A DNA stretch of 48,640 bases from Clostridia bacterium (GTDB taxonomy: Bacteria; Bacillota; Clostridia; Christensenellales; UBA1242), in contig JAZSAE010000027.1 in the NCBI GenBank assembly GCA_045601705.1, forward strand, positions 1 through 48,640. The letters run 5' to 3'. Under the pieces are notes generated by a model. It made no database searches, was not told the origin of the DNA, and worked only from the letters and a program-made list of their open reading frames with translations. Made by a program: the position numbers and the translations under genes. Positions 25,047 through 32,987 of this stretch are shown here, one piece after another; within the stretch, counting starts at the first letter, position 1, and each line of letters begins with the position of its first letter.

Positions 25047-26528
25047 TTATTCTTCTTTAATCGCACCAAAACGACGATCACGACTTTGATATTCTAATAA
25101 TGCAGTATGTAAATCTTGCTTACTGAAAGCAGGCCAATGAACTTTTGGAAAATAAAGTTCAGCGTACGAAACTTGCCATAACATAAAATTACTTAAACGT
25201 TGTTCGCCACTGGTACGGATTAAAAAATCTAATAATGGTTGCTCACTGGTGTATAAATATTTCTGAATAGTGGCTCGGTCAACTTGTGGTGCTAAGTTAT
25301 CAGTTAACATCAAATTAACAGCACGCACTAACTCATCTTGTCCACTGTAATTAATACCTAAGTTTAAAATAAATTGCGTTTCATTTTTAGTAGCTTCAAG
25401 AGCTGCCGTAGCGTTTTTTACCAATTCAGGTGGGAACTTAGTATAATCACCCATAATATTCAAACGTACGTGTGGATATTTTTTAACGAAGTCATTCGCT
25501 TTTAAATATTTGGTAAAATACTTAAAGAGATAATCTAATTCAGTTTGTGGACGGTTCCAGTTTTCTGTTGAAAAAGCGTAAATACTAACAATTGGAATTC
25601 CATATCCATAAAAGCATTCTTTAATAATGACATCTAAATTTTTAACACCGTGCTCGTGACCTTTGGTACGTGACCAACCACGCTCTTTCGCCCAGCGACC
25701 ATTACCATCAATAATAAAACCAATGTGCTGTGGTAATTTTTTCAATTCAGTCGCCATAAAATTCTCTCCTTCTGTAAATTGTGGTTGCAAAGTTGCGCTA
25801 TACGTTACAATACCATTTTGACCAATAATTGCTTTGGCACGAGCCATACCTGCTTGGTATTGTTCTTGTGTGATATACTTATGTTTTATTAAGTAATCGG
25901 CATAATAGTATTCACGACGACTCTGCGCCGCACCACTGGTCGCACTATCGCTACGAAAGAGTACCACAAAAAAGGTTTTAATGACAATCATTAAATCACG
26001 CCAAAATGAAACTTTACGTTGATAGGTTAAATGTTTTTCAATAACATCTTCCCAACTTGCCGAGCTTCGACCACCTGACACTTGTGCCAATCCAGTTAGT
26101 CCTGGTCGTACACGGTAAATGCTTAATTGTTTCTGTGTCAAAAAAATAACATCTTTCACTAAAACTGGACGAGGTCCAACAAAACTCATTTCACCACGCA
26201 AAATATTTACCAACTGTGGTAATTCATCCAAACTAAAACGACGTAGAAATTTACCAAATACTGTAATTCGTGCGCCGTCCGGCAATAAGTTCCCTTGAGC
26301 GTCGGTTTTATCATTCATTGTACGAAATTTATAAATTTTGAAAACTTGACCATTACGACCTGGACGAACTTGGCTAAAAAAAACTTTACCGTGAATAAAT
26401 AATTTAGAACACACAGCCAAGACTAAAAACAACGGTGCTAAAAGTACCAATAACAACAATGAAAAAAAAACGTCTAAACCACGTTTGACAAAGCGTTCAT
26501 AAAAAGTACGTTGTACAATGCTTTGCAT
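25047..26528 (-). CDS. Fusion protein: monotopic phosphoglycosyl transferase (bacterial sugar transferase) N-domain plus undecaprenyl diphosphate synthase (UppS) C-domain
   Basis: N-domain: KFRTM, DELPQL, RPGLTGLAQV. C-domain: HIGFIIDGNGRWA, AFSTENWNRP, IRTSGEQRLSNFMLWQ. Start at ATG 26528. Confidence 0.88.
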   Translation of the reverse strand: MQSIVQRTFYERFVKRGLDVFFSLLLLVLLAPLFLVLAVCSKLFIHGKVFFSQVRPGRNGQVFKIYKFRTMNDKTDAQGNLLPDGARITVFGKFLRRFSLDELPQLVNILRGEMSFVGPRPVLVKDVIFLTQKQLSIYRVRPGLTGLAQVSGGRSSASWEDVIEKHLTYQRKVSFWRDLMIVIKTFFVVLFRSDSATSGAAQSRREYYYADYLIKHKYITQEQYQAGMARAKAIIGQNGIVTYSATLQPQFTEGENFMATELKKLPQHIGFIIDGNGRWAKERGWSRTKGHEHGVKNLDVIIKECFYGYGIPIVSIYAFSTENWNRPQTELDYLFKYFTKYLKANDFVKKYPHVRLNIMGDYTKFPPELVKNATAALEATKNETQFILNLGINYSGQDELVRAVNLMLTDNLAPQVDRATIQKYLYTSEQPLLDFLIRTSGEQRLSNFMLWQVSYAELYFPKVHWPAFSKQDLHTALLEYQSRDRRFGAIKEE

Positions 26529-26536
26529 CAATATTT

Positions 26537-26565
26537 ATTATATATGATAGCTAATGTTTCGACAA
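26537..26565 (-). promoter_or_regulatory. Predicted promoter of the PGT-UppS gene, leaderless geometry
   Basis: Minus strand TTGTCG (26565-26560), 17 nt, TATAAT (26542-26537), 8 nt, ATG 26528. Confidence 0.5.
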
Positions 26566-26587
26566 ACCATTGTCTTTGGTGAAACAT

Positions 26588-26620
26588 AAAAAAATTTGCC
26601 AAAGACTTTGGCAAACTTTT
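26588..26620 (-). terminator. Intrinsic terminator after the Cys-rich ORF
   Basis: Near-perfect palindrome TTTGCCAAAG-a-CTTTGGCAAA (26595-26615), flanked by A/T runs. Confidence 0.7.
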
Positions 26621-26642
26621 CCCTGAATGAACGAATAAATTT

Positions 26643-26948
26643 TTAGCACAAAGTACGTGGACATTCCATACAACGACCTTGCCCACAGAGTGAACTTGGT
26701 TCAATTGGTTTGGTTACGTCCTTTTCAACAGTTGGTTGTTCAACTACTGGTTCAACTACTGGTTCAACTGGTTGTTGTTCCACAACTTCGGTATCCTTCT
26801 TGTGGTGACGAATGACTTCAACACTGTCGTATTTAACAGCGCAGTATTCCTTGTTTCCTTCACATTCGTGATCTTTCAAACAACACGTATCACAGTTGTA
26901 TTCTTCACGGTTAAAATGTCTTAATCTTTTTCGAATAATTGAATGCAT
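26643..26948 (-). CDS. Hypothetical cysteine-rich protein (101 aa) with a VEPV repeat linker
   Basis: SD AAGGAGT upstream. Cys clusters at both ends (CDTCC..C..C; C..C..C...C) and (VEPV)2 encoded by 12-bp tandem repeats at 26741-26776. Confidence 0.6.
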   Translation of the reverse strand: MHSIIRKRLRHFNREEYNCDTCCLKDHECEGNKEYCAVKYDSVEVIRHHKKDTEVVEQQPVEPVVEPVVEQPTVEKDVTKPIEPSSLCGQGRCMECPRTLC

Positions 26949-26975
26949 ATTTTTTTACTCCTTACAAATAGATTT

Positions 26976-28163
26976 TTATTTCGTATAGTTAATTTCGTCG
27001 TGCGATTGTTTGGCTTGTGCTTGTTCATTCAGTTTACGTGCTTTGTATTCCAGCCATTCACTATCATTATGGTGAAAAATTGCAGATAGACCAATTTTTT
27101 TGCGTTCACCGACAGCATAATGATAACCCCAACTGGTACTCGGCATTTTGTTCAGCACTTGACGACGCTTGGCATTGTCGATGATTTCCCGAGTACGAAA
27201 ACCAATATATAACGACAAAGGCTTATAATTTAGTTTACTCAATTTTTTTGTGTTTTGACAATACTTACCGACCATATTTTGGTACTTTTTTTCACAATGA
27301 GTTAATCTTGTTATATTTTGTAACGGAACGGAACGAACACCGAGATAAATTGCTTCTAATTCAGGTTTACCTTTGATGTAATCTTTGTAATAATCGGCTT
27401 CACGTTTTTCTACCCACAACAAAAGATGTTCATATTTTGCTTCATATAACTTTTCCTTCCAAGATGACGATTTTTGAGCAATAAACTTGCATACCTTTGG
27501 TGGAAAATATTCATTTTCAAAAGCTTGTTCCATCACTTGCCTGCGCCAAAAATTACTATTCAATTCTACATATTTTTCGACTTCACGAATCGGCATACCA
27601 ATTCCCAAACGACAAACAACATTTACAGCACGAGCATGGAAAAATTTATCATAATCTTTAATGCCGTTGAAATAATTTAAATTCCATTCCGGATCAACTG
27701 CATTCGGCCCAGTACTATACATCATATGTTTAATTTGTGAATAAACGAGCAGATTTTTATATTCTTCCAATTTAGATTGAAACAAATTATCATTGTAAAT
27801 ATTATTCACAAATTTTTGAATATGATTAAAATTTAGATATTCATTAACTAAAACTTTACGGTCTACTTGAAAACGTGCTACAGCATTTTCGTCAATGTAC
27901 TTATTTAAAGTTCCTTGCGCATAAAAACCAGCAATATATTTTTTCAACCATTGTTCATCACACATATAGAATGGTAAATAATCTGATGTATAAACATCTT
28001 TTGGTTTTCGCTCTACACCCTGAAAAATATCTAAAAAGTTTTTTTCAACATTACGATTATCTTCTTTTGCATATTTAACATAAGGCGACACTATCAATGC
28101 GTCAATCATTGCTTTCTTCGCATTATCAGCAATCGCCTTACAGTAATAATCAATATCGTCCAT
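26976..28163 (-). CDS. Paralog 1 of an unrecognised protein family (see findings)
   Basis: Shares motifs VYTSDYLPFYMCDEQWLKKY and DYDKFF...NSNFWRRQVMEQAFENEYFP with four neighbouring ORFs. Start is either ATG 28163 (fits the promoter geometry) or ATG 28172. Confidence 0.75.
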   Translation of the reverse strand: MDDIDYYCKAIADNAKKAMIDALIVSPYVKYAKEDNRNVEKNFLDIFQGVERKPKDVYTSDYLPFYMCDEQWLKKYIAGFYAQGTLNKYIDENAVARFQVDRKVLVNEYLNFNHIQKFVNNIYNDNLFQSKLEEYKNLLVYSQIKHMMYSTGPNAVDPEWNLNYFNGIKDYDKFFHARAVNVVCRLGIGMPIREVEKYVELNSNFWRRQVMEQAFENEYFPPKVCKFIAQKSSSWKEKLYEAKYEHLLLWVEKREADYYKDYIKGKPELEAIYLGVRSVPLQNITRLTHCEKKYQNMVGKYCQNTKKLSKLNYKPLSLYIGFRTREIIDNAKRRQVLNKMPSTSWGYHYAVGERKKIGLSAIFHHNDSEWLEYKARKLNEQAQAKQSHDEINYTK

Positions 28164-28170
28164 AGTGAGC

Positions 28171-28200
28171 ATTATAGAAAATTACTTACATAAAAGTCAA
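28171..28200 (-). promoter_or_regulatory. Predicted promoter of paralog 1, leaderless geometry
   Basis: Minus strand TTGACT (28200-28195), 18 nt, TATAAT (28176-28171), 7 nt, ATG 28163. Confidence 0.55.
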
Positions 28201-28218
28201 GACAGGTGTTTAAATTGC

Positions 28219-28764
28219 TTACTTGCCATTAAAGATACAGTGTTCTGAATCATATGAATAATAAATGGTTGTACCGTCTGTCCAAATATAATTACCATAA
28301 AAATCCCACGGCCCATTAAAAGAAGTCTTCAGCCAATCTTTTTCCACCATATCAGCCACGAATTTAATGTTTTCGTTAATTTTTTGACTGGTATTGCCAC
28401 TTAATGTATCGCCAGTACCACTAACTTTCCAACCGTCGAATATGTGAGTGTATGTATCTGGTGCTGTTGGCAAATAAACACTATCGCCTTTTTCGACCAC
28501 GTTAATTTTCCAAATTTTGCCGTCTACTTCATACGCTGCAACGACAGAATTTTGGTTCATATTGATGGTATTCTGTAAATCATCAATTTAATCTGTTAAT
28601 TCACCTACTTCGGTGTCTAAGTTTTCGTTGTCATTTGTTAGTTCGTTATTCTTGTTGGTTAATCCACCATTCGACAAACTAAAACTAACGGCAAACAATG
28701 TCGATACCGATGCCACACAAGCCGAAACAAATAACATTGAGATTTGAAATAATTTATTATTCAT
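28219..28764 (-). pseudogene. Surface-protein paralog interrupted by an in-frame TAA (codon 59, 28590-28588)
   Basis: ATG 28764 with SD AAAAGGAGA encodes a signal/anchor segment (MNNKLFQISMLFVSACVASVSTLFAV...). TAA follows, then the same frame continues into the 113-aa track ORF, which resembles the N-terminal part of the 47309-48445 protein. Confidence 0.6.
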
Positions 28765-28869
28765 TTGTTTTTCTCCTTTTCCGTAGTCATTACTATTAGT
28801 ATGTAACGTTACTACTTAACTTATAATATAATAAAAAAACAAATAAATTTTATAAAAAACACTAAAAAC

Positions 28870-28900
28870 AAAAAAACTTGCTTTTGATGGCAAGTTTTTG
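28870..28900 (-). terminator. Intrinsic terminator after paralog 2
   Basis: Hairpin ACTTGC (28876-28881) with GCAAGT (28890-28895), flanked by A7 and T5. Confidence 0.6.
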
Positions 28901-28917
28901 TAAGTCAAAATTTGGAA

Positions 28918-30021
28918 TTATTTGGTAACGTCTTGGTCGTCGGTCAGTTCGGTTTGATTAAATTTATTTTTCAAGCCTCTCATCACAGTATTTAATTTGT
29001 TGGTTTTGGTTTTTAAAACTTTCATCACGGTATTTTTTGCTTGATTAGTTTTCGTTTTTAGACCTTTAAAACCTTTGACAAGATTATCTTGTAATTTTTG
29101 TTTTGTTGTACCTAACATCAAATCGCGCAACTCTAAATCCATTTTCAATTTCATATCAAGTTTTATTTGTTCAAGGTAATTCATCTTCATATCGTTAGTA
29201 ACAACACCAAAATCATTGATGATTTGTTCATTATTTTTATAACGTTGGAATTGACGTTTTTTCGCCCAATCTTGATAGTGTTTGTCTTTTAAGTGGCTGT
29301 AAGCTTTCCACCATAATGACATTTCTTTTTTATCATCAATACTTCCAGACAAAGGGTAATATTTATTTTCAAATGCAATTCTCATTGCCGGTTCAAGCCA
29401 AACATCAATATGTTCTTCAAGTCCTGCTTCAACGTCAAAACTGAATGCGCCTTTTTTGACACGGTAGCGTACAATTTCCTTTGGAAAAAAGGAATCGAAA
29501 TCTGGTGAGTTTTTCTGCATTAAAGGTGTTAATTCGTCACTAGGTACTAAGGCATTAGGAACAACTGTTTTTATCATATATTCGGCAAGAGCACCAGACA
29601 ACGCACGTTCATATTGGCGACGCACTGAAGAGAAAGATGCTGAATTTTTCACTAAATAACGAATTTCACGAACTGAAATTTTCACATTTGGTTTATATTT
29701 TTTCATTACTGCTGCAACATATTTCATCATCCATTGGTCGTCGTGTAAGTACAATGGTAAGTATTCAATCGTATAAATATTATTTGCTTTTGGCTTATTG
29801 TCTTTATACATTGAACTATTGATAATACGTTTGATTTCTTCCGTCGGGAACATATGGTAAAGTTGCGAACATAATTCGCCATGTTCATATCGGTGTTGTG
29901 CTTCTTTTTCGGCAGCTTCGCATTTTTCAAAGTATGCCATACGTTGTTCCAGTGGCATTTTCATTACCTCATCGTTGTAATATTTTTTATAATAGTTTTC
30001 GATTTTTTCAAATGTTCCCAT
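28918..30021 (-). CDS. Paralog 2 of the unrecognised family
   Basis: IYTIEYLPLYLHDDQWMMKY, DFDSFF...VWLEPAMRIAFENKYYP, VVTNDMKM. Start set to ATG 30021. Confidence 0.75.
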   Translation of the reverse strand: MGTFEKIENYYKKYYNDEVMKMPLEQRMAYFEKCEAAEKEAQHRYEHGELCSQLYHMFPTEEIKRIINSSMYKDNKPKANNIYTIEYLPLYLHDDQWMMKYVAAVMKKYKPNVKISVREIRYLVKNSASFSSVRRQYERALSGALAEYMIKTVVPNALVPSDELTPLMQKNSPDFDSFFPKEIVRYRVKKGAFSFDVEAGLEEHIDVWLEPAMRIAFENKYYPLSGSIDDKKEMSLWWKAYSHLKDKHYQDWAKKRQFQRYKNNEQIINDFGVVTNDMKMNYLEQIKLDMKLKMDLELRDLMLGTTKQKLQDNLVKGFKGLKTKTNQAKNTVMKVLKTKTNKLNTVMRGLKNKFNQTELTDDQDVTK

Positions 30022-30027
30022 CAATAA

Positions 30028-30057
30028 ATTATAAATGGGGGTAAAAGACAAAGTCAA
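30028..30057 (-). promoter_or_regulatory. Predicted promoter of paralog 2, leaderless geometry
   Basis: Minus strand TTGACT (30057-30052), 18 nt, TATAAT (30033-30028), 6 nt, ATG 30021. Confidence 0.55.
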
Positions 30058-30084
30058 TACCCCCAAACAAAATTTATGAACTTT

Positions 30085-31002
30085 TTATAAAGAAAGATGA
30101 TTTACTTGATTTTGTTGATTTTTATATCTTTGTAAAAGTATATTATTTACTTTGTTGTACTTAGCCAAACGTTGATCTAAGCGTTGTAAATCTTTAGTTT
30201 TCAACTGCATATTTGGAGTCACCAAACCCAATTCTTTTAAAATACTTTGATGCTCTTGACCGTAGTCATAGATACGACGTTGTATCCAAGCTTTTTTGTA
30301 TACTTGGTAAAAGTGTTTTAAAACTTTATTTTGCAATTTGGTTGGACGAATAGATTTAGTTTTACTTATTGGGTAGCATTCATTTTCAAAAGCAATATTC
30401 ATAACTTCTGACAACCATAAATTACTATTTTTTTCTAAAAAGACTTCGACTCTATGTTCGTCAATACCCAACTTTGTAAACGAGCGTATAACTTGTTCAC
30501 GGAATTGCTTATCATAATCTTTAATATATTGATAATCGTAAGGACACATTCCATCGATTAAAGCGTTAGGCACTGGATTGCGTAACATATGCTTTAGTTG
30601 GACGTTCATTAACCTTTCAATATAGTTATTGCGTTCAATTTCAAACAATGGTGATGCTTGGACAAAGGCATTTGCGTTTGCAATCTTGAACTTATTCTTA
30701 AATTCTTTGCTGTTTGCCGTTTGGTTTAAATATTTAGCTAACCAAGCGTTATCATATAAATGAAATGGTAAAAGATCTGCACTATACAATGCTACTGGTA
30801 ATTCTTCAGGTTTCGCAAACTCTAAGCCTATCAAAGTGCGTGCAATGTCGTGTTCTTTAGGAAACATTTGACAGATACAATCACACAAAGCTTTAAGCTG
30901 TGCAGTCTCCTTATCGATTATAGCAGTGTCTTTTTGAACTCTTTTCGAGTGTTGTTTCATACGTTGAGTATTAAAAATATCTGATATTTTTTTTAGTTTC
31001 AT
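30085..31002 (-). CDS. Paralog 3 of the unrecognised family
   Basis: LYSADLLPFHLYDNAWLAKY, DYDKQF...NSNLWLSEVMNIAFENECYP, LVTPNMQL. Start set to ATG 31002. Confidence 0.75.
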   Translation of the reverse strand: MKLKKISDIFNTQRMKQHSKRVQKDTAIIDKETAQLKALCDCICQMFPKEHDIARTLIGLEFAKPEELPVALYSADLLPFHLYDNAWLAKYLNQTANSKEFKNKFKIANANAFVQASPLFEIERNNYIERLMNVQLKHMLRNPVPNALIDGMCPYDYQYIKDYDKQFREQVIRSFTKLGIDEHRVEVFLEKNSNLWLSEVMNIAFENECYPISKTKSIRPTKLQNKVLKHFYQVYKKAWIQRRIYDYGQEHQSILKELGLVTPNMQLKTKDLQRLDQRLAKYNKVNNILLQRYKNQQNQVNHLSL

Positions 31003-31009
31003 CACTTTT

Positions 31010-31039
31010 ATTATATATGATGACAAACAGCAAGGTCAA
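31010..31039 (-). promoter_or_regulatory. Predicted promoter of paralog 3, leaderless geometry
   Basis: Minus strand TTGACC (31039-31034), 18 nt, TATAAT (31015-31010), 7 nt, ATG 31002. Confidence 0.55.
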
Positions 31040-31059
31040 TACCCACGGCAAATTTTCGG

Positions 31060-31989
31060 TTATGATTTAGATTTGACAGTATCGTAAAGAATAAAGGAAC
31101 TAATTTGGTTAATTTTGTTTTTAATAAGTCGAGCTTGACTCGGTGTAATTTTCATATTAGGTGTCGCTATTGCTAACTCATCAATAACATTTTTATGTTT
31201 TTGATAATATTTATACTCACGATAAATTAAACAACTTTCCTTAAAGGTTTTTTCAAACGAACTATTTAATTCCTCTTTTGTTAAATATTTCATATGCATC
31301 CGATAATAATTATCAATCGATTTCTTCATCACTGGTAGACGCCACAAATCGGCATTCCTTTCAATTTCTCTTTCGATAGTTCGGTAATCAAAACCCTCCA
31401 ACGTAAAACAACAACGTAAATGTTCACGGAAATACTTATCGCAATTGATACGATCTTTGAAATCAACAAACCCTTTACAAGTAAAAGGTTCTTGCAAACG
31501 TTCTTCTTTATTTTCAATAAATGGTTTCGACATAAAGTCTTTAATTTTAGCGCGAAAATATTTTTGAAGATATTCTTGGCGCGCTTGCTGAAAAGTGGTC
31601 ATACCCATAAATTGTTTAATGGTTGCTTCGCTGACATATTTTTTTTCTTGATTAACGATGCCATCGATATGATTAACCATCCACTGCTGATTAAACAAAT
31701 GCAAAGCCACAAAGCTACTTTTTAAAAATTTATAGTTAATTGTTTCACGTTCAAAACTCAAAGTTTTTTCCTTTTGTAATTCACGAATAGTGAAGACCGT
31801 ACTTGCTTCATCAGGAAAAATCAACGGTAAAGATTGAAACAAGCGTTCGAAATCTAATTTTTGACTTGCATCAAGATGATCAATAGCGGCCATATCATCG
31901 ACAAAAAGGCTATAAATAGTCGAAGGTTTGGTATGCGTAGATTTTTGCTTTTTTCGGAAAGCATTTTTTAAAGTATGTAGTTTTGACAT
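31060..31989 (-). CDS. Paralog 4 of the unrecognised family
   Basis: VALHLFNQQWMVNH, NCDKYF...NADLWRLPVMKKSIDNYY, IATPNMKI. Starts 4 nt after the paralog 5 stop, so it is probably co-transcribed. Confidence 0.7.
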   Translation of the reverse strand: MSKLHTLKNAFRKKQKSTHTKPSTIYSLFVDDMAAIDHLDASQKLDFERLFQSLPLIFPDEASTVFTIRELQKEKTLSFERETINYKFLKSSFVALHLFNQQWMVNHIDGIVNQEKKYVSEATIKQFMGMTTFQQARQEYLQKYFRAKIKDFMSKPFIENKEERLQEPFTCKGFVDFKDRINCDKYFREHLRCCFTLEGFDYRTIEREIERNADLWRLPVMKKSIDNYYRMHMKYLTKEELNSSFEKTFKESCLIYREYKYYQKHKNVIDELAIATPNMKITPSQARLIKNKINQISSFILYDTVKSKS

Positions 31990-31993
31990 AGAT

Positions 31994-32950
31994 TTAGATA
32001 TTCCCTTTCACTACTTCGCTTTCGTTCTTGTTTTCTTGTCGGTTGACTTGACTTTGTTTTAGTAAAGCAAGTCGCTGATTATTATATTCAGTAGTTTTCT
32101 TAATGCTATCAAAAAATCTAAACTGACTGATTTTCATATTGTCGGTAAAAGTACCAGCCTTTTCAATCACGGCAGAATACTTATTGGCATAATTGAATTC
32201 ATAATATTTTAACCATTCTTCACGGTGCATTTTATGTAATTCACACCACCTTAAATATAAACAACTGTCCGTTGGTTCGTCAATTTGTGGATAATAATAT
32301 TCATCAAAAGAACGTACCATATTTTGTTTACGCCATAAGCCAGCATTTTGTTCCAAACTTAACTCAATATTCGGACGTTTTAAGCCCAAAATCTTCAAAC
32401 AAAAAATAACCTTATTACGGAAAATTTCATCAAAAGAAACAAAACAACGATGACGAATATTTCTTTCGCAAAACGGATCGGTAACAGTAGTATTTGCGAT
32501 AAATTCTTTTATAAAGCTATTTTGAAGATTTGTTAAAGCTTGATTAAATTCAGGTGAGCTTTTAATAAAATTCTTAACCACAGTACGACTGTAGTTAAAT
32601 TCAGGCATACTCTTTTTCACAATAGCAATGACGTAATCGGCAAGATATTCATAATCAGTCAAATGTAATAGTAAACATTTACCTGGCTGTTTTTGTGTTT
32701 TTTCGTAATTTTTAATTTCTGACTTAATTAAATCAACTAACCTTTTACGTTGCTCAACATTTAGATGTTGTTCCTCAAGTAAAACATCTTCCACATTAAA
32801 GCCGTGAAAAAACTGACAAACATTCAACACAGTATCATTCTGCAATGTAAAAATTTTATCAAGATTTTCCACAATTACATTAAACTGTGGTTTTACTTTT
32901 GCAGATGTCATTGATGAATTTAGATGAGATAGTTTTTTCACATCGGACAT
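31994..32950 (-). CDS. Paralog 5 of the unrecognised family
   Basis: LLLHLTDYEYLADY, SFDEIF...NAGLWRKQNMVRSFDEYYYP, TFTDNMKI. Start set to ATG 32950. Confidence 0.7.
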   Translation of the reverse strand: MSDVKKLSHLNSSMTSAKVKPQFNVIVENLDKIFTLQNDTVLNVCQFFHGFNVEDVLLEEQHLNVEQRKRLVDLIKSEIKNYEKTQKQPGKCLLLHLTDYEYLADYVIAIVKKSMPEFNYSRTVVKNFIKSSPEFNQALTNLQNSFIKEFIANTTVTDPFCERNIRHRCFVSFDEIFRNKVIFCLKILGLKRPNIELSLEQNAGLWRKQNMVRSFDEYYYPQIDEPTDSCLYLRWCELHKMHREEWLKYYEFNYANKYSAVIEKAGTFTDNMKISQFRFFDSIKKTTEYNNQRLALLKQSQVNRQENKNESEVVKGNI

Positions 32951-32957
32951 ACTAATA

Positions 32958-32987
32958 TGTATATAACTTTCTGAACACAAATGTCAA
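32958..32987 (-). promoter_or_regulatory. Predicted promoter of paralogs 5 and 4, leaderless geometry
   Basis: Minus strand TTGACA (32987-32982, overlapping the phosphatase stop codon), 18 nt, TATACA (32963-32958), 7 nt, ATG 32950. Confidence 0.5.

Noticed and set aside
26461-26469. T9 (plus-strand A9) run inside the PGT-UppS coding region as a frameshift site
   Set aside because: The reading frame is intact through the run (..DVFFSLLL..) and encodes the expected hydrophobic helix. It is noted only as a potential slippage or sequencing-error hotspot.
28588-28590. Stop-codon reassignment (TAA read as sense) to explain the interrupted surface-protein paralog
   Set aside because: TAA is the most common genuine terminator of well-conserved genes in this window, and TGA also terminates conserved genes (hflX, asnB-like). 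Standard code with a nonsense mutation is far more likely.
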